Shown here: one piece after another, positions 13,108-25,604 of the stretch
Layout of the letters: the number at the start of each line of letters is the position of its first letter
Numbering within the stretch: the stretch's first letter is position 1
From: Amoebophrya sp. A120
Taxonomy: Eukaryota; Protista; Dinoflagellata
NCBI GenBank assembly: GCA_905178155.1
Contig: CAJINV010000003.1
Coordinates: forward strand, 10,567,075 to 10,605,553
DNA length: 38,479 bases
Direction: 5' to 3'
Notes under the pieces: model-generated
Databases searched by the model: none
What the model was told of the DNA's origin: nothing
What the model saw: the letters and a program-made list of their open reading frames with translations, nothing else
Program-made: the position numbers and the translations under genes

Positions 13108-14000
13108 AAGGGACGTCTCTCTCCGCGGCCGCGCCAGTGAACATACAAAACGGAAAACAACACCGAAAAGGCCAGTGTCGCACTGACTGCCTTTTTCGAA
13201 CAGAAAAAGGGACTGTGGCAGATTGCGGCATTGAACGACCCGAAGCTGAGCTAGTCACTCGCTTTCCGCCTGGTGCAGCGGTCCTCGAGCTTGGAGGTCG
13301 CTACGGGTTCACGACATCTGCTATACGCGACGCAGTGGGCCCCCGTGGCGCCATTGTGGTAGTGGATCCGGATTTTGGCGTTGTGCCGGAGCTGCTGCGT
13401 GTGTACGGAGAAAATCTGTCCCGCTGCGGATTTCGCACGGACGGCGTGCAAAGCGTCGCCTTTGCAACCTCGGAAGCAGAGACAAGACTTGGGGCGCCCT
13501 TTGCCATCAGTAGCGCAAAAAGTGGCGATGGCACTAACAAGTCCCACTCCCATCATGGTGAAGCCGTCGCTGCCGGAATGAAACGCTCTCCGGGTATTTA
13601 CCCATTACCAGCGGTTATCTCCACGAAAACAATGTGCGTCAAGTCATCGACAAGTGGCTATGGAAGGGAATACCGCCCGTGCTCATTGGGGCCGAGAGAT
13701 GAAAAGAACGAGACGAAGGCTCGGAGTGCAACTCCCCTGGAAGCGTATCAGAAAATCGATCCGGGTGCCACGAAAGCGAACTTCGACGCACTTGTGCTTG
13801 ACTGTGAAGGATGCGCTGTTGATTTTTTGCGGGCATACTTGACGGATGGGCAACTCGGTCCTGATGTGCGTTACATTTCAGTTGAAGTGCATTCAATTTA
13901 CAACGAGAACGTGGAGGACTTGGAGAAAATTTTGACGCCGCGCGGCTACGTCTTGCAGGCAACAGTCGGACGAGATCGATTCTACTCCCGATCGCACTGA
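13016..14000 (+). CDS. FkbM-like SAM-dependent methyltransferase. The leader (from 13016) is out of frame with the catalytic ORF (13137-14000).
   Basis: VLELGGRYGFTT SAM-binding motif, VVVDPD, LVLDCEGC, ISVEVH. The +1 shift needs a 1-nt indel or a possible 34-nt GT-AG intron at 13137-13170. Confidence 0.7.
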
Positions 14001-14735
14001 CTCAATAAATTGTTCAACACTTCTCGCGCTACACTGAATTGTATCCGCGGCTGTCCTGTACCTGCTCGCCCGAATTCTTCTGCTCCTTCTTACCTACTGT
14101 CTGGCGAGGGCTGCAGCTGTTCTGTATTCGCAATGTTCTCACCTGAAGCGTGGCTGAGATTCTACGATTATCAGAAAACTTTAAGTTATACGTACTAAGC
14201 ACACGCAGCATAATATTTAGCCAGCTGTCTCCAGATAGTTTGCAACGCGCCGACGTGTAGCTAAGTACATGTCCTACATGTGTGTGACACGTTCCTCCGG
14301 TGCGCGCGCGGCGCGCGCACCAGCAAATTTTAAATGTGTCAAATTTCAAAACGTGCGCGATGCGCGCCCGCGCATCGCGCGTCTCGAAATATGCTTTCGC
14401 TTTTGTGTACAAATGTGGATCCGTACGCGCGCCCAAAAAAAATTTTTTCTGCTATATACGAATGTCGGCTCGCGCGCACTGCGCCGTCAAAACAGAAACT
14501 GCTTACATGCACCAAAAAGGGGGCGGACATTGGCGTGCATGTCCTACATGGCGTACATATGCTACATGTAGCCTATGCTACGTGGAGCATATGCTACGTG
14601 GAGCAGATGCTGCACGATGAGTGGGAAAACAGGTGCGCCAGTAGCAGGGGGAACGGCGCGCCCGGAACAAAAAAAAGGAGGAGCGGGGTACGGGAAGGGG
14701 GAATAGTGCGCCCAGCGCAGCTTTACGTTTTTAGT

Positions 14736-15240
14736 GGCGGTATCACGTTTTGACATTTTTCTTTTTGGAATCACGTTTACTCATGGAATCACGTTAATGG
14801 AATCACGTTTGCGACGGAATCGCGTCTGTCTAATCGAGTTGAGAGAGTGAAACAACTCAGACGCCGAAATGCCCACAACGTACTTAAACGAACGCCGGGC
14901 GGGCCCAGGGGTCCGCCGGGACCAATGACGCGCCCCGCCAGCCAAGCAGCTGGCCAGCGGGAGCCAGGAAAACCCCAGGGAAGCGGCAGAACAACCGCGC
15001 AGGAGGGCAGGGCGCGGGGTCGCCACCTTCCAAGAACGGGCCGAGGGAAGAGCCGCCGCCGGCCGGCCGGCCGGCCGGCCGGCCGGCGGCGGCTGCCCTG
15101 GCCGACGACCAGAAACCCCAAACCCTAGACCCTAAACCCAAGCCCAGACACTGCTAAGCTGATTCCATCAACTTGATTCCGCTCTAAACGTGATTCCACA
15201 AACGTGACTCCAACTTGAAAACGTGACCCCGCTTCCAACC
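14736..15240. mobile_element. Foldback/MITE-like element with arrayed subterminal repeats
   Basis: GGAATCACGTT repeats at left (14767-14810) and inverted AAACGTGA(T/C)TCC at right (15186-15211). Central GC palindrome at 15052-15092. Flanked by TTTAGT (14730-14735, 15241-15246). Confidence 0.55.
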
Positions 15241-16812
15241 TTTAGTAATTTAGTAGACGCTTATGCTGAAGAAAGTGCAGACTTCTATTACTATTTCAAG
15301 TTGCCCGATTGTAGGAGGTATGCATGTAGTCGAGCGAACCGCGGAGGCGCTTCGGCGCCCCTTCTATCCCAGCTGCAAAAATAGGAAACGCAAACAATAT
15401 ACGAAAACCAGCACCGGACCGCTCAAATATATGCTCCGAGGAAGTTGACACACAAAAGCGCAGTCGCGCTTCTTGATCTTGACCGCGTCGGTTTTGTTTT
15501 CCAAGGAAGAGGAACCAAGAAGACGAAGAGGAAGAAGCCTTCTGCAAAAAGGAATTTAGAAGCACGCCAACAAATCGCCGCAGAGACACGCAGCGCTACC
15601 ACATGATGTGTATCTCTACCTCTTTTTATTTTTCGGAATTGGTACCTAGACTGAGGCGTAGCCCGTTCTGTTTGGTCTGGTGGATGTTCGCGCGCGTCAG
15701 CGGTCTCGACGCATCGGCTCGCTGGACATATTGAGTGGCCCACACGCTGGAGCAGTGAGTCGGCTCAGACACTGAGACGCAGCTGCATGCTGCCAGGGAT
15801 GGCATGTTGACAGTCGTCACGATGGAAGACGCCGCTACTAGGCCACTTCGCTCTATTCTCGTGGTTCTTTTTTCTGCCCACCATGCGCCTGTGCCTCTTC
15901 TCTCGTGAGCCGGGCTTCCTGGCCTCCATCGCGGCGTCAGGCTTTCGCACGGTTTTAGTCTTGCCGCGGCGCGCGTGCAGGTGCTGTCGCGGCAACATAC
16001 CGCCGCCCTTCCAAGGGTATAATCTAGCGCAAACCTCAAGAGCCAAAGCAAGGCTATCTATCTATGCTATGCTCTATGGGTGAGGCCCACTGCCCGCCCC
16101 GCCACCTCTGAAGGGCGCGCGCGTTGTGTGTCAGCGTTTTCGTCAGCACCTGCTGCGCAATCGCGATAATTTGGCAGCAACTCCTCGCACGGCCATGGTA
16201 TTGGGTTTTCATTTTTTGTAGTTACCTTCTGAGAATTGCACCACAGTATGTGGGAGGCTTTTACCGCTCACCTTGAGAAGCGCACACGTCATTCATTTTT
16301 TGTAGTTTCCAGTCTAAGAAAGTAGTAGAAAGAAGTATTTAGTGCGAAGCTTCAAGAGCAAGCCCAATACTCAACAAAAAACAAAAACGGCCCAGCGCAG
16401 CAAGATATTTGGGCAAGCGAGAAGTGATTGCTTCTTCGATCATTTTGACTTTTGTGGATGTCCAAGCAGTGCCAATGAATTGCACATAAAATTAATGTCA
16501 GCCGCCACGCGTTGGAGTTCTACTTCTATATGTGTGCGGCGGAGACCAAGAGTGTGCCTATAATAATCGCTAAACAAAGGGCCACACAGCAGTCCGCTCA
16601 AGGGCACACTGCCAACGAGGACAACAGCAACAGCAACAGCAACAATGTCCCTCATGTTAATATATCTCAAAAGCGTAGCCAGAGCTAAGACTCTGCTCTA
16701 CCTAAAGGGGTTGGCAGTACTATTGGTTGCGTAAAGATACACCGTGTACGCAATTATAATAGTAAATACATATAGTTTTGTCCTTCTTGGTTTGCGCGCG
16801 ACACGATGATCA

Positions 16813-18007
16813 TCTCGAAAGAAAAAGTGTTGACGTTACGGTTTTAAGTTTTTTGGAAAAAAGAAATTTTGGGTGTATGCTGGAGGTATGTTTTTGGTTT
16901 GTAAGTCGACCCATTCCCGCTATTCGTTCTCGCGGGACTGCGACGAAGCTCGCTTGGTTGGACCTAGCTAGTGCACAAAATATGACGGCGTAGGACTTCG
17001 GCGACCGGGGCCGCCCCCTGCCGTGCCTTCTCCTCGCCGCCGGCTCTTAGATCCGGGCCAGAACGCTCAAACCTCGAACCGTGGCTAAACCTCGGACGTG
17101 TGGACCTATGAGCTGGCATCTAGATGGCGTTTCCGCCAGTTCAGCTCTGTGCGGCTGTGCAAGTTTCCATCTCGGACCTTTTGGCGCTTTTTGTCAAATT
17201 TTCTCCATGACTGAAGAAAAGGTGGCACTTTCGAGGATGAGGGAAATGGGCAAACTTTGGGTACCAAAATGCCCAAAATTTGCAGGCACCCCAAAAACCG
17301 TCAACACCTCATCTAGACACGGCGGTATGGTCGATCGGGTCTTCCAGAAGCCTGCTTTTTTGCATGAAATCGACCAAAAAACCGTCAACACCTCATCTAG
17401 CCAGAGCGCTATGCTCGATTTGCCTGCTCAGAAGGTGCGCTCCCGTGCCCGCACCGGTTTGAGAGAAGGGAAATGGATCATAGCGTGCTGTCTAGATGAG
17501 GCGTTGACGGTTTTTGTGGGATCTGCATTTTTTGGCCTCGAAATGGCGTCAAATCATTGATTTTTTCCTCGGATTTTTCCAATTCCCCAAAAAACCGTCA
17601 ACATCATATCTGGACAGCATGCTATGGTCCATTTTCCCTCATTAAAACAGGTCCATCTCCGGCGTCGATCGTTGCGACGCGTTGGTGGGCGGGTCTTGTC
17701 AGCAGTGCCGGGGCCCTGGCCCACCGGCTTACAGCCATCATGGCTCTTGAGCCCGGACAGGGATTGGGCAGCCATTTCAGGGCTTGAAGGGGCGCAATGT
17801 TGTGGCGGGGCCTCATAGTTTTCGCACCGTGTGCACTAGCTTCCTCTCCCAGAGTTTTACCACTTTAGAGCCCCGCAGGGGCAAAGAATGAATGAGGCTG
17901 CGCGGCGGCGAGAAAAAAAAAAAGTAAAATGATGGTGCTCAGTACCCACAAAAATTTTTTTTTCCAAAAACCCGAAAACCGTAACTTCAACACTTTTTCT
18001 TATGATA
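16813..18007. mobile_element. 1195-bp non-autonomous TIR element with 5-bp TSD GATCA
   Basis: TIR core of 27 bp with 1 mismatch (16819-16845 vs 17975-18001). GATCA at 16808-16812 and 18008-18012. The empty site with a single GATCA is at 12568-12572. Internal AAAAACCGTCAACA repeats occur in both orientations. Confidence 0.92.
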
Positions 18008-18526
18008 GATCAGACTCAGATACCATGATCTAGTACGTCAATCGTTATCGAAGCCAACGCGGTCGTGACCTGGATGAAGGTGAAGACAAACAACAATCGA
18101 CCTTTGAGTTCTCTTGTCTTCGCAACCTCATCAAGAACAAACCATAATGCCAATGCTCCGAGCGTGAGCGTGTCAGCACTGGGATGGGGTCGAAGGTGCG
18201 CACGCCGCGGTGTATTTAATGCTGTGCGCTGAGTGCTGCTTCTCCTTTGAGGTCTCTTCTTCGGTCTTCGTCGCGTTCACAACGAACAGACGATGAGGAT
18301 ATGCAGAGAAGCAATGTCTATCATTTACATTTACATATACATTTATCAAAAGCAAAACAATTCTGTTTCTGATAAGTTAAGTATACATCGTGGAAGAGAA
18401 GTGCTGGCACTTAGATGATGTGAGCGGTAGGGTTGTGGAATGCTTTTGGCGTTTAGCTTGAGTGATTCGTCCGCTTGGTGCCATTCCAAGTAGCAGTGGG
18501 TAGACGCGTCTTAAGCTACTAGCCTT

Positions 18527-20215
18527 ATGATGGCTATGCGCGCCTTGTTCGGCTTCGGGTTCGGCGCTTGGTTCTGTGCCGAACCTGCAGTAGACGCCTA
18601 CACTCTGCGCAAAGTCAGAAGGATGAATAAAAGGGCCGGACTGTACACCAAGCAGCTTCGCCGTCACGAGCAGCGAGAGGATACCTCCACCGTGCAGTGC
18701 ACTAAGGATTTTCGGTCGCCGCATTTCGCCGAAACTACAGCGCGAAAGACCGCGGAAGCGGGGGAGAGCGGGACTGCTGTTGACGCTCTCCGATTTAGCT
18801 GCGCGAACGTCACCTGCAAGATGGATTGCGTGTCCGACCCGAACACGGAAGCGGCGTCCTTGCAGTCTGAACCGCTTGTGCCCATCGCGAACGCGCGCGT
18901 GCGCCCGCTACTCAGCAACAATGGGCCCTGGAAAGAAGGAGAAGACAAACACGGAGTAAATGGAAGGACCCGCTTGACAACGCTGCGTCGCCCCGAATTT
19001 GTTATGCCGGGGTCGGGCGACTGGAACACCTTGTCGGAACGGACGCCACTGATCGAATGGGACGAGTGGATGATGGCTTCGCTTTTGCTAAACTCTCCCG
19101 TCGCCCGTGTGCTCGAGTTCGGTGCGCGGTACGGCACTACGTCGTGCTTGCTTGCGAACGTGACCGGAAACGTGGCCGGGAGGGTGTTTTCCGCTGAAAT
19201 CGACGCCGCTGTGTGGCGGACGAATTTGGAGAACAGGAACAAGCACAAGTGCAACTACCACTTGGTCAGGGGCGGTGTGGGTTACAAGAGCGCATATTTC
19301 AACCGGGAGAAGCTGGCGATGTCTTACCCAGAGAGGGGGGGCTACGGTGGCAGGATGGAGGTAACAGAAGTTCGTAACAAGAACGAAAACGGCGACCACG
19401 AAAAACAACCCGAGGCACGCGCGGTAGGGTTTGTCTACGTCCAGGAAATCGAGCGCGCGTTTTCGACGAAGATCAATGCCGTGCTGATCGACTGTGAGGG
19501 TTGCATTGAGTACGTTTTTCCTGGAGGCGAGGGCGACCCTTTTTTGAGCCAGTTGGAGCTGATTTTGTTAGAGGAGGATCAGGAGCGAAAGTTGCCGACG
19601 GGCAGTTACGCGAAGTGGCATGATACCTTCCGGAAGGCGGGTTTTGTGCGGATCTTTCATTCGCACGACACTTTTGTGCCGGGGAAACAGGAATGGAGCT
19701 GGGCGATGAGACACTCCGCGTGGTTCTGTGATCGCTCGCTCGGTCCCTCGCACTCGGGTGCTCCTACCACCTCCACCTCCACGTCGCTCAGCCAGCGCAT
19801 TCTGCCGCTACTGAAAGAGGCTAATCTTTTGGAGGAATATCACGCGATTTTGGCACGCCGACGCGGGAACACAAGCACGAGCAAGACCAGCGCAGCACCA
19901 GACGGAAAGACAACTGGCAGGAAGGCGGCCGCGCTGTCCAGAGGCGGGAGTGGATCTTCCTTGTTAGAAGGAGCGCCGATCGACGCTTCAGAGCAGGAAG
20001 GCGCGGCATCGTCGTGGATTGCAGAGACAATGGAGGCAGGAGAACATCAGGAACCCTCACCGGAGCAAGGTCTGAACCTGTGCCCATTTTACTTCGACGT
20101 GGGAAATTTTACAGTCAAGGAGCTCCACTGCGCAAAGGAAGGGGAAACCAGTCGCAATCCGCTCTACAAGCGCCCGGGAAATTTGCCACAGAACGCTTAC
20201 AAGTACATGCCATAA
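18527..20215 (+). CDS. FkbM-like SAM-dependent methyltransferase with N-terminal signal-like leader, 562 aa
   Basis: Uninterrupted ORF with VLEFGARYGTTSC, FSAEID, VLIDCEGC and ILLEED motifs. Hydrophobic leader MMAMRALFGFGFGAWFCAEPAVDA. Confidence 0.8.
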   Translation: MMAMRALFGFGFGAWFCAEPAVDAYTLRKVRRMNKRAGLYTKQLRRHEQREDTSTVQCTKDFRSPHFAETTARKTAEAGESGTAVDALRFSCANVTCKMDCVSDPNTEAASLQSEPLVPIANARVRPLLSNNGPWKEGEDKHGVNGRTRLTTLRRPEFVMPGSGDWNTLSERTPLIEWDEWMMASLLLNSPVARVLEFGARYGTTSCLLANVTGNVAGRVFSAEIDAAVWRTNLENRNKHKCNYHLVRGGVGYKSAYFNREKLAMSYPERGGYGGRMEVTEVRNKNENGDHEKQPEARAVGFVYVQEIERAFSTKINAVLIDCEGCIEYVFPGGEGDPFLSQLELILLEEDQERKLPTGSYAKWHDTFRKAGFVRIFHSHDTFVPGKQEWSWAMRHSAWFCDRSLGPSHSGAPTTSTSTSLSQRILPLLKEANLLEEYHAILARRRGNTSTSKTSAAPDGKTTGRKAAALSRGGSGSSLLEGAPIDASEQEGAASSWIAETMEAGEHQEPSPEQGLNLCPFYFDVGNFTVKELHCAKEGETSRNPLYKRPGNLPQNAYKYMP

Positions 20216-21340
20216 CGAGCAGCAGATCAAGCCATGAGCAGCCTTTTGTCATGTTTTTGGACCGATTGGAAGTTTGGGATTAGGAGTCTGCCACTGTCGT
20301 GTGTACTAGCGTTAGACCAAGCATCGATATATATTTTACTCTTCGCTCATTTACTAAATCGCTAAACGAGTTGACGCAACCCTTGTCATAGGTGGCGAAG
20401 CGCCTCGCTCACTGAAAGGAGATGAAGCCGGCTGAAATGTATGAACGTCGCGCAGAAACGACTCCTGAGTGCGCGTGCGAGAGAACTCACACTAACGAGG
20501 AAAGTGCCCACTTCTGTGGTTGTGTATGGCGTCGCGAAGCGAGCCGACAACCCAGATCACACCACACACGCACACGAAATGGAAATGCCTGCGTGGCGGG
20601 AATGGAACTTGCTCGACTGAAATGCAAACAATGAAACGAAAAATACATGTGGCATCATTTTTCATGTGGTGAAACAATGAATCATGCGACGCTTTCTTGA
20701 AAAACTTCTTGTCCTTTTTCGACCATTCAATGGGATCGAAATAATCGTCGAGAGAAACACCCGGCAGAACACCAAACAGCTCTGGTTCTCCATCTTGGCC
20801 GAAAGAAAAAATTGCGTGGCCGGCGTTGCGCGCCAGCAGTGATCCTCTTCTCCTTCCCGGACGCCAAAGGCGCCCAGCTGCCTTTCCAGGATGCCGTATG
20901 GCCCGCGCGGCCTGCGGCCCTTGCCTCCCGGAGTGACCGGCACGTAGGGAGGCGGCGCCACTTCTAGCTGATGCAGGGCTTGAAAATAGAAAATAGCACC
21001 ACAGCGGCCGCAAGGGGTGTGACATGATTCGAAAAGTAAGGGACTCGCTTTTGCCGATTTCCATTTCGGGCGCCCAAGGGTCCGGCCCTGATGGAGGCCC
21101 AGGTGAGGCCCTAGCATGTGGGGAACGTTGTCCCTTTCGAACCCATATGGGTGGCAACTTTGAGCCGTTATTTCTGTCGACCCGCCGCCCTGCCGTCGTG
21201 TATAGCACTACGCCCGGGGACATGGTGGCCATCTTCTTGTGTGGCACCGCTAAAACGGGCGAGGGCGGGCCTGCTTGGAGATGTAGTAATGCGACAAGTG
21301 CAGGAGTCGGGTGCGTTTTGACCATGAGATCTTCACTCAC

Positions 21341-21468
21341 GTAACAGAATCGCGAATAAGTGACGTAGCATAATATGGTTCCCCATGTTTGACGTAGTAT
21401 AGGGGCGAATAAGTGACGTAGTATAGTAATAGTAGTAACAGAATCGCTAATATGGGGCCCCATGTTTG
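21341..21468. repeat. Scrambled short-module duplication
   Basis: GTAACAGAATCGC, GCGAATAAGTGACGTAG, TAATATGG..CCCCATGTTTG and GACGTAGTATAG each occur twice in shuffled order. Confidence 0.75.
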
Positions 21469-21981
21469 TAGAAAAGACGACGACTAGTGCCGTTCTGTAC
21501 GCAAAAGCGGCGACGTGGACACATGTGGAAAAATGGCAAATAGCGAGTGGCGCTGTAGTTTTTTCTTCCTCTTATACCCACCAGCTTGCTCGGTGCAGAA
21601 GTAGTCCTCTCCTGCTGGTCGATGTTGATAGCGAGAGAAGTTTGCTCATTTCAAAAACTTGAAAAGTGAAACTCCGAAAAAAACCAACTTCCTTGCTTCA
21701 TCGGGTGCGCCACAGCGAAAGAGGATATTCTGAGCGCTATCGAGGGACGTTGCTCCTCGCTTGTTTTTTGTAGTACTAAGTAATATAGTGAAAACCAGAA
21801 CCACTTGCGAGAAAAACATTTCCTAGAAAATACAAAAGGTGCTATACAAAGACCATTACCACCAGGACCAGCAACACGTAGCTCAGAATTGAGATTGCAG
21901 CCCTAAGTCAAACAGATGCTAGCGAAAGAATTGGCGGGTGTGGCCTAAATAGACAACCAGAGCCATTATGCCGCTGTCTGG

Positions 21982-23955
21982 ATGACGGCTTTCTCGAAAA
22001 CGATGACCAGAGGATTAGCAACTTCAGTACTGCGCCGCACGACCGCAGCAGCGGCTTTGGCGGGAACAGCGGGCGGTTACATACATGGCGTTGGGGAACG
22101 TAAACCGAAACTTGGCACAACCGCATCGCAGATGACGGGACAAAAAACCAAGCAGGGCCATGATAACAGTTATGTCAAATCTGAGAAAGCAATAGCAAAT
22201 GCAAACCTGGCGCGACTGGGAAATTTGCAGTATGGAAAACGAAAAGCTGCGGATGAGGCAAGATTACCAAATGCAAATGTGTCTTGGTCTGGAAAGAGTG
22301 GAAGTTGTGATGCTGACTACCGGTGAAACAAAAGCTCTATGTTTGCATTGCATGAGCACAAAAACGAGATACTCATACACTTGCCTCCCGAAGAGGGCAT
22401 TTATTCTCATGGAGGATAGGCATGAGGAGGCCTTCGCCCAAGCCCGACCTGTGATGCTAAAGCATGCAAGACCAAGAGCATGACTGACGTGACATCGTGC
22501 GCGATGCAATGAAATCTGCATGACTTGACAATACAATCCCAAAATCTCCCAGACCCAGAAGTTCAAGTCCGTTCTCTTCCCTGTGCTGTGCAAAGGTCTT
22601 GTTTCCCAGACAAAACGCCAGACATATTTGCAATGCATCAAGACCTTCCATACCTCTGCCAAGCCTTGTTGTCCTCAGCCGAGTGCTTGTTGGCGGGAAG
22701 GACAAACTACATCCAGGGGAGCACGAACTCATCGAAAATTACCTCCCGGACCTACAAAAGCTAGCGGAAAAAAAAGCGCCGCCGGGTGGTAGTAATCTGG
22801 ACGCGGATTTTGCGTTTGCTTATGTACTGGCACCTGATACCGCACTGGCCTTCTCACAGCTACCGAAAAGAGATGCCCTTCGGCCGTACCTGGTGTGGAT
22901 GCACGGCCTGTGGTGCGTTCCAGGCAAAAACTCACAGACGACGATGATCCGCCTCGGGCAAGATCTTTGCCGCGGAGCTGCTTCTCCGCTTTCGTCCGCG
23001 GAACGGGTCGCCCTCGCAGAATGTTTTCAGCGCAAGGACTTCCTTTTTGAGCTTTGATTTGCGGGACTCCTGGCAGAACGCAGATGAAATCGCTCTACCC
23101 CGTGGAATTACCATGGCCCCGCCGAATCACTACACTATTAACCATGGCCCCGCCGACTTAAGCCGGCTGCCGACGTATTTCCTTACCTTTCGCGGTAGTG
23201 AGAATCCTGTGCCGTCAGGCATTCCGGGCATTCGGGCTTTAGCTAGTGTACGAGGCGGCGGCATAGGCGGCATGGTAAATAGAGGCCCCGTGCGGGCGGC
23301 AGTCAATTCCACATTCAACGCACAATTACCGCCGCCGGCGGTCGTGCAGGACGTCGCACAGGCGATACGCGATTCCGGATTTTTCCTCGGGGCCCCGGGC
23401 GTGTTGGCGGGGGAAGGGGCAGCTTCCGTGGATACGGACCAGGATCTTTGGGCAATGGTGAAGTCAAAAGTAGTAGTTGAATTGCTGCCGCACCAGGGCC
23501 ATCCCAACTACAGCGAGGACGACAGGGCGCGTTATGCTGCCTTGGCCGACACGGCGTTCGGCTTGGTTCCCCGCGGAGACGGTCGCTGGAATTACAGGTT
23601 CTCCGAACTTGTTGGCGCTTGCGTGATTCCAGTCGTGATTGCTGACGGACTAACCCTGCCTTTCTCGGAGTTAGTGGATTGGGCCGGTGAGCGTTTGGTC
23701 ATAAGAATTCCGGAAGACGTGGTTCTGCGCACTTCTACTGATGACGGTGAAACTTCGCCGCCCGAGCCCGACCCTTTGCTAGGTATTTTTGAGCATCTGA
23801 AGCCCTTCTCCAAGGATGACATTTTGAAGCGCCGGAGACGCTTGTGCGAAATCAACGATCTCTACTTTGCCACGAGTGAGAAGCGGGCTCAGGCCCTGTT
23901 GATGGATGCGAAAGCGTATCTCGAGAAGGAGGAAGAGCGCAGAGAAAGCCCGTGA
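21982..23955 (+). CDS. Exostosin-family (GT47) glycosyltransferase; one introner-like insertion and a +1 frameshift at the T-run 23044-23048
   Basis: FGLVPRGDGRWNYRFSELVGACVIPVVIADGLTLPFSELVDW matches the GT47 C-terminal motif. Removing 380 nt joins ORF 21982 to ORF 22599 in frame. Deleting one T joins that to ORF 23047 (KDFLLSFDLRD). Confidence 0.8.
22265..22639. mobile_element. Introner-like TIR element (TATGCA family, apparently reversed orientation)
   Basis: Left end TACCAAATGCAAATGTGTCTTGGTCTGG, right end CCAGACATATTTGCAATGCATC. Flanks AAGAT (22260-22264) and AAGAC (22640-22644). Confidence 0.8.
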
Positions 23956-25208
23956 AAAAGTATTGGTGATCTGGCTGCGTAAGAAATTTTTCGAACAAGC
24001 GCTTTCTTGTTTTCCATCCATTTATTTTTATCTATCAAAAAAGCTTGTACCCGCCTTGTTTTTCATCATCGCTATAAATAGCCATTTTTACACGCAGGTA
24101 GACTACAAGAAGGTCTGGAAGGGTGCAAGAGGAAACACACAGCACTTAGTTACCTAAAAAGCAGCTCTGCATCCGTGTTACGGGTAAACACAGCACGGAC
24201 AGTTCTTTTTTCAATTTTGACATTTTTACGAATCTACTTCAACAACAGTGACAGTCCAAGACGAGATACAACGACCAGAATAGCATTACAAATCCAACAA
24301 TCTCTTCTAACTTTGCAACGTATGCAACCACTTGTAAAGCTAAAGATATCAACGGGGCCTGTTGCAGCGCCCGTGCTCCCTTGTCTATTAGTGGAAAAAG
24401 TGTGTTTTATTCTTCGTTGCTGGGTCGTAGTAAGGTGACGAGCGACGTTCTAATCTAGCGGCTTTATTGACGCCTCTTATGCAAAACGACCGGCAGTTTT
24501 CAAGCGGCCGACGAAGGCGTTTTTTGACTACATAAAAGAACTTTACTTATCAAGCGGCCGGGGCTTTCGCTTTGTTGTCAAAAAAGCCTGAGCCAATTCT
24601 ATCGATGCGCCCTTGATAAAACGACGCAGGGGAGCCGGCAAAAGGGGCGCCCTTCTGAGGCGCCCACGCCCACAGCCTTGGTTTCTGGCGCCTTGGGGCG
24701 CCCAAAAAGGGCCGCCGAAAAAGCAGCAGTCCGAAAAAACAGCGAATCCGCATGGTGCGGGCGTCATTTACGGGGCCCCTCGCCGATGTCTGTGCTGTCA
24801 AGGGGTGCCCTACCTTTGGACACGAGCCAGACAGGCGGGCAACACCCATCGAAGCCGGCCTCTTATATAATAGCACTTCAGCAATTGCAATGTCATTAGC
24901 TAGCTCGAGCCAGGACCTTTTTGTTTTTTCATATCATAAATTGCTTAAACCAATAAATCTGCCATCTGGAGGGCCTACCTTCGCACGCCACCAGTTCTGC
25001 GTCGCGAAACAGGATGGAAAGTGAGTGATAAAGCTGCTATATGTTTTTGCAAAGCTGATTTCTTTGAATCGCCGTAGCTTGAGTCGCGTAGTGTATCTCG
25101 TCATGCCGTGACTCGCACAATAGTGGCAGATTAAAGCGCTCTGATTTTCGATAGGTCTTTTGAAAACTAAAATCCCGAAGGGTGGATTTTTGAAAATGAG
25201 CACTGTAG

Positions 25209-25604
25209 CGTAACGAACTCGAACTGAGAGCGCGACTACTTCTGCAAGCACATCCTGTGAGGTGTTGGCTGAAAATGAAAGAGAAGAAGAAGACGACTAC
25301 GCAATGCAAATTCTCTTCGTCGACGTCGAACCATGTGCATGAACTGAAAACGTACCATGTACGGTTTTCCAAACCGCAGACGAAAAACGGCACCAGATGG
25401 GGGGCGGACCGTAACGAGCTCGAACTGAGAGCGCGACTATTTCTGCAAGCACATCCTGTGAGGTGTTGGCTGAAAATGAAAGAAGAAGAAGAAGACGACT
25501 ACGCAATGCAAATTCTCTTCGTCGAACCATGTGCATGAACTAAAAACGCACCATGTACGATTTCCAAACCGCAGACGAAAAACGGCACCAGACGGGGGGC
25601 GGAC
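25209..25604. repeat. Tandem duplication, two ~200-bp units (starts 25209 and 25410)
   Basis: Directly alignable with few differences. Confidence 0.9.

Noticed and set aside
20492-21463. 323-aa minus-strand ORF, or a TIR element at about 20644-21343
   Set aside because: No recognisable domain in a GC-rich region. The terminal similarity is weak and there is no TSD.
25209-25604. CRISPR-like array
   Set aside because: Only two ~200-bp tandem units, no unique spacers, no cas genes, eukaryotic context.
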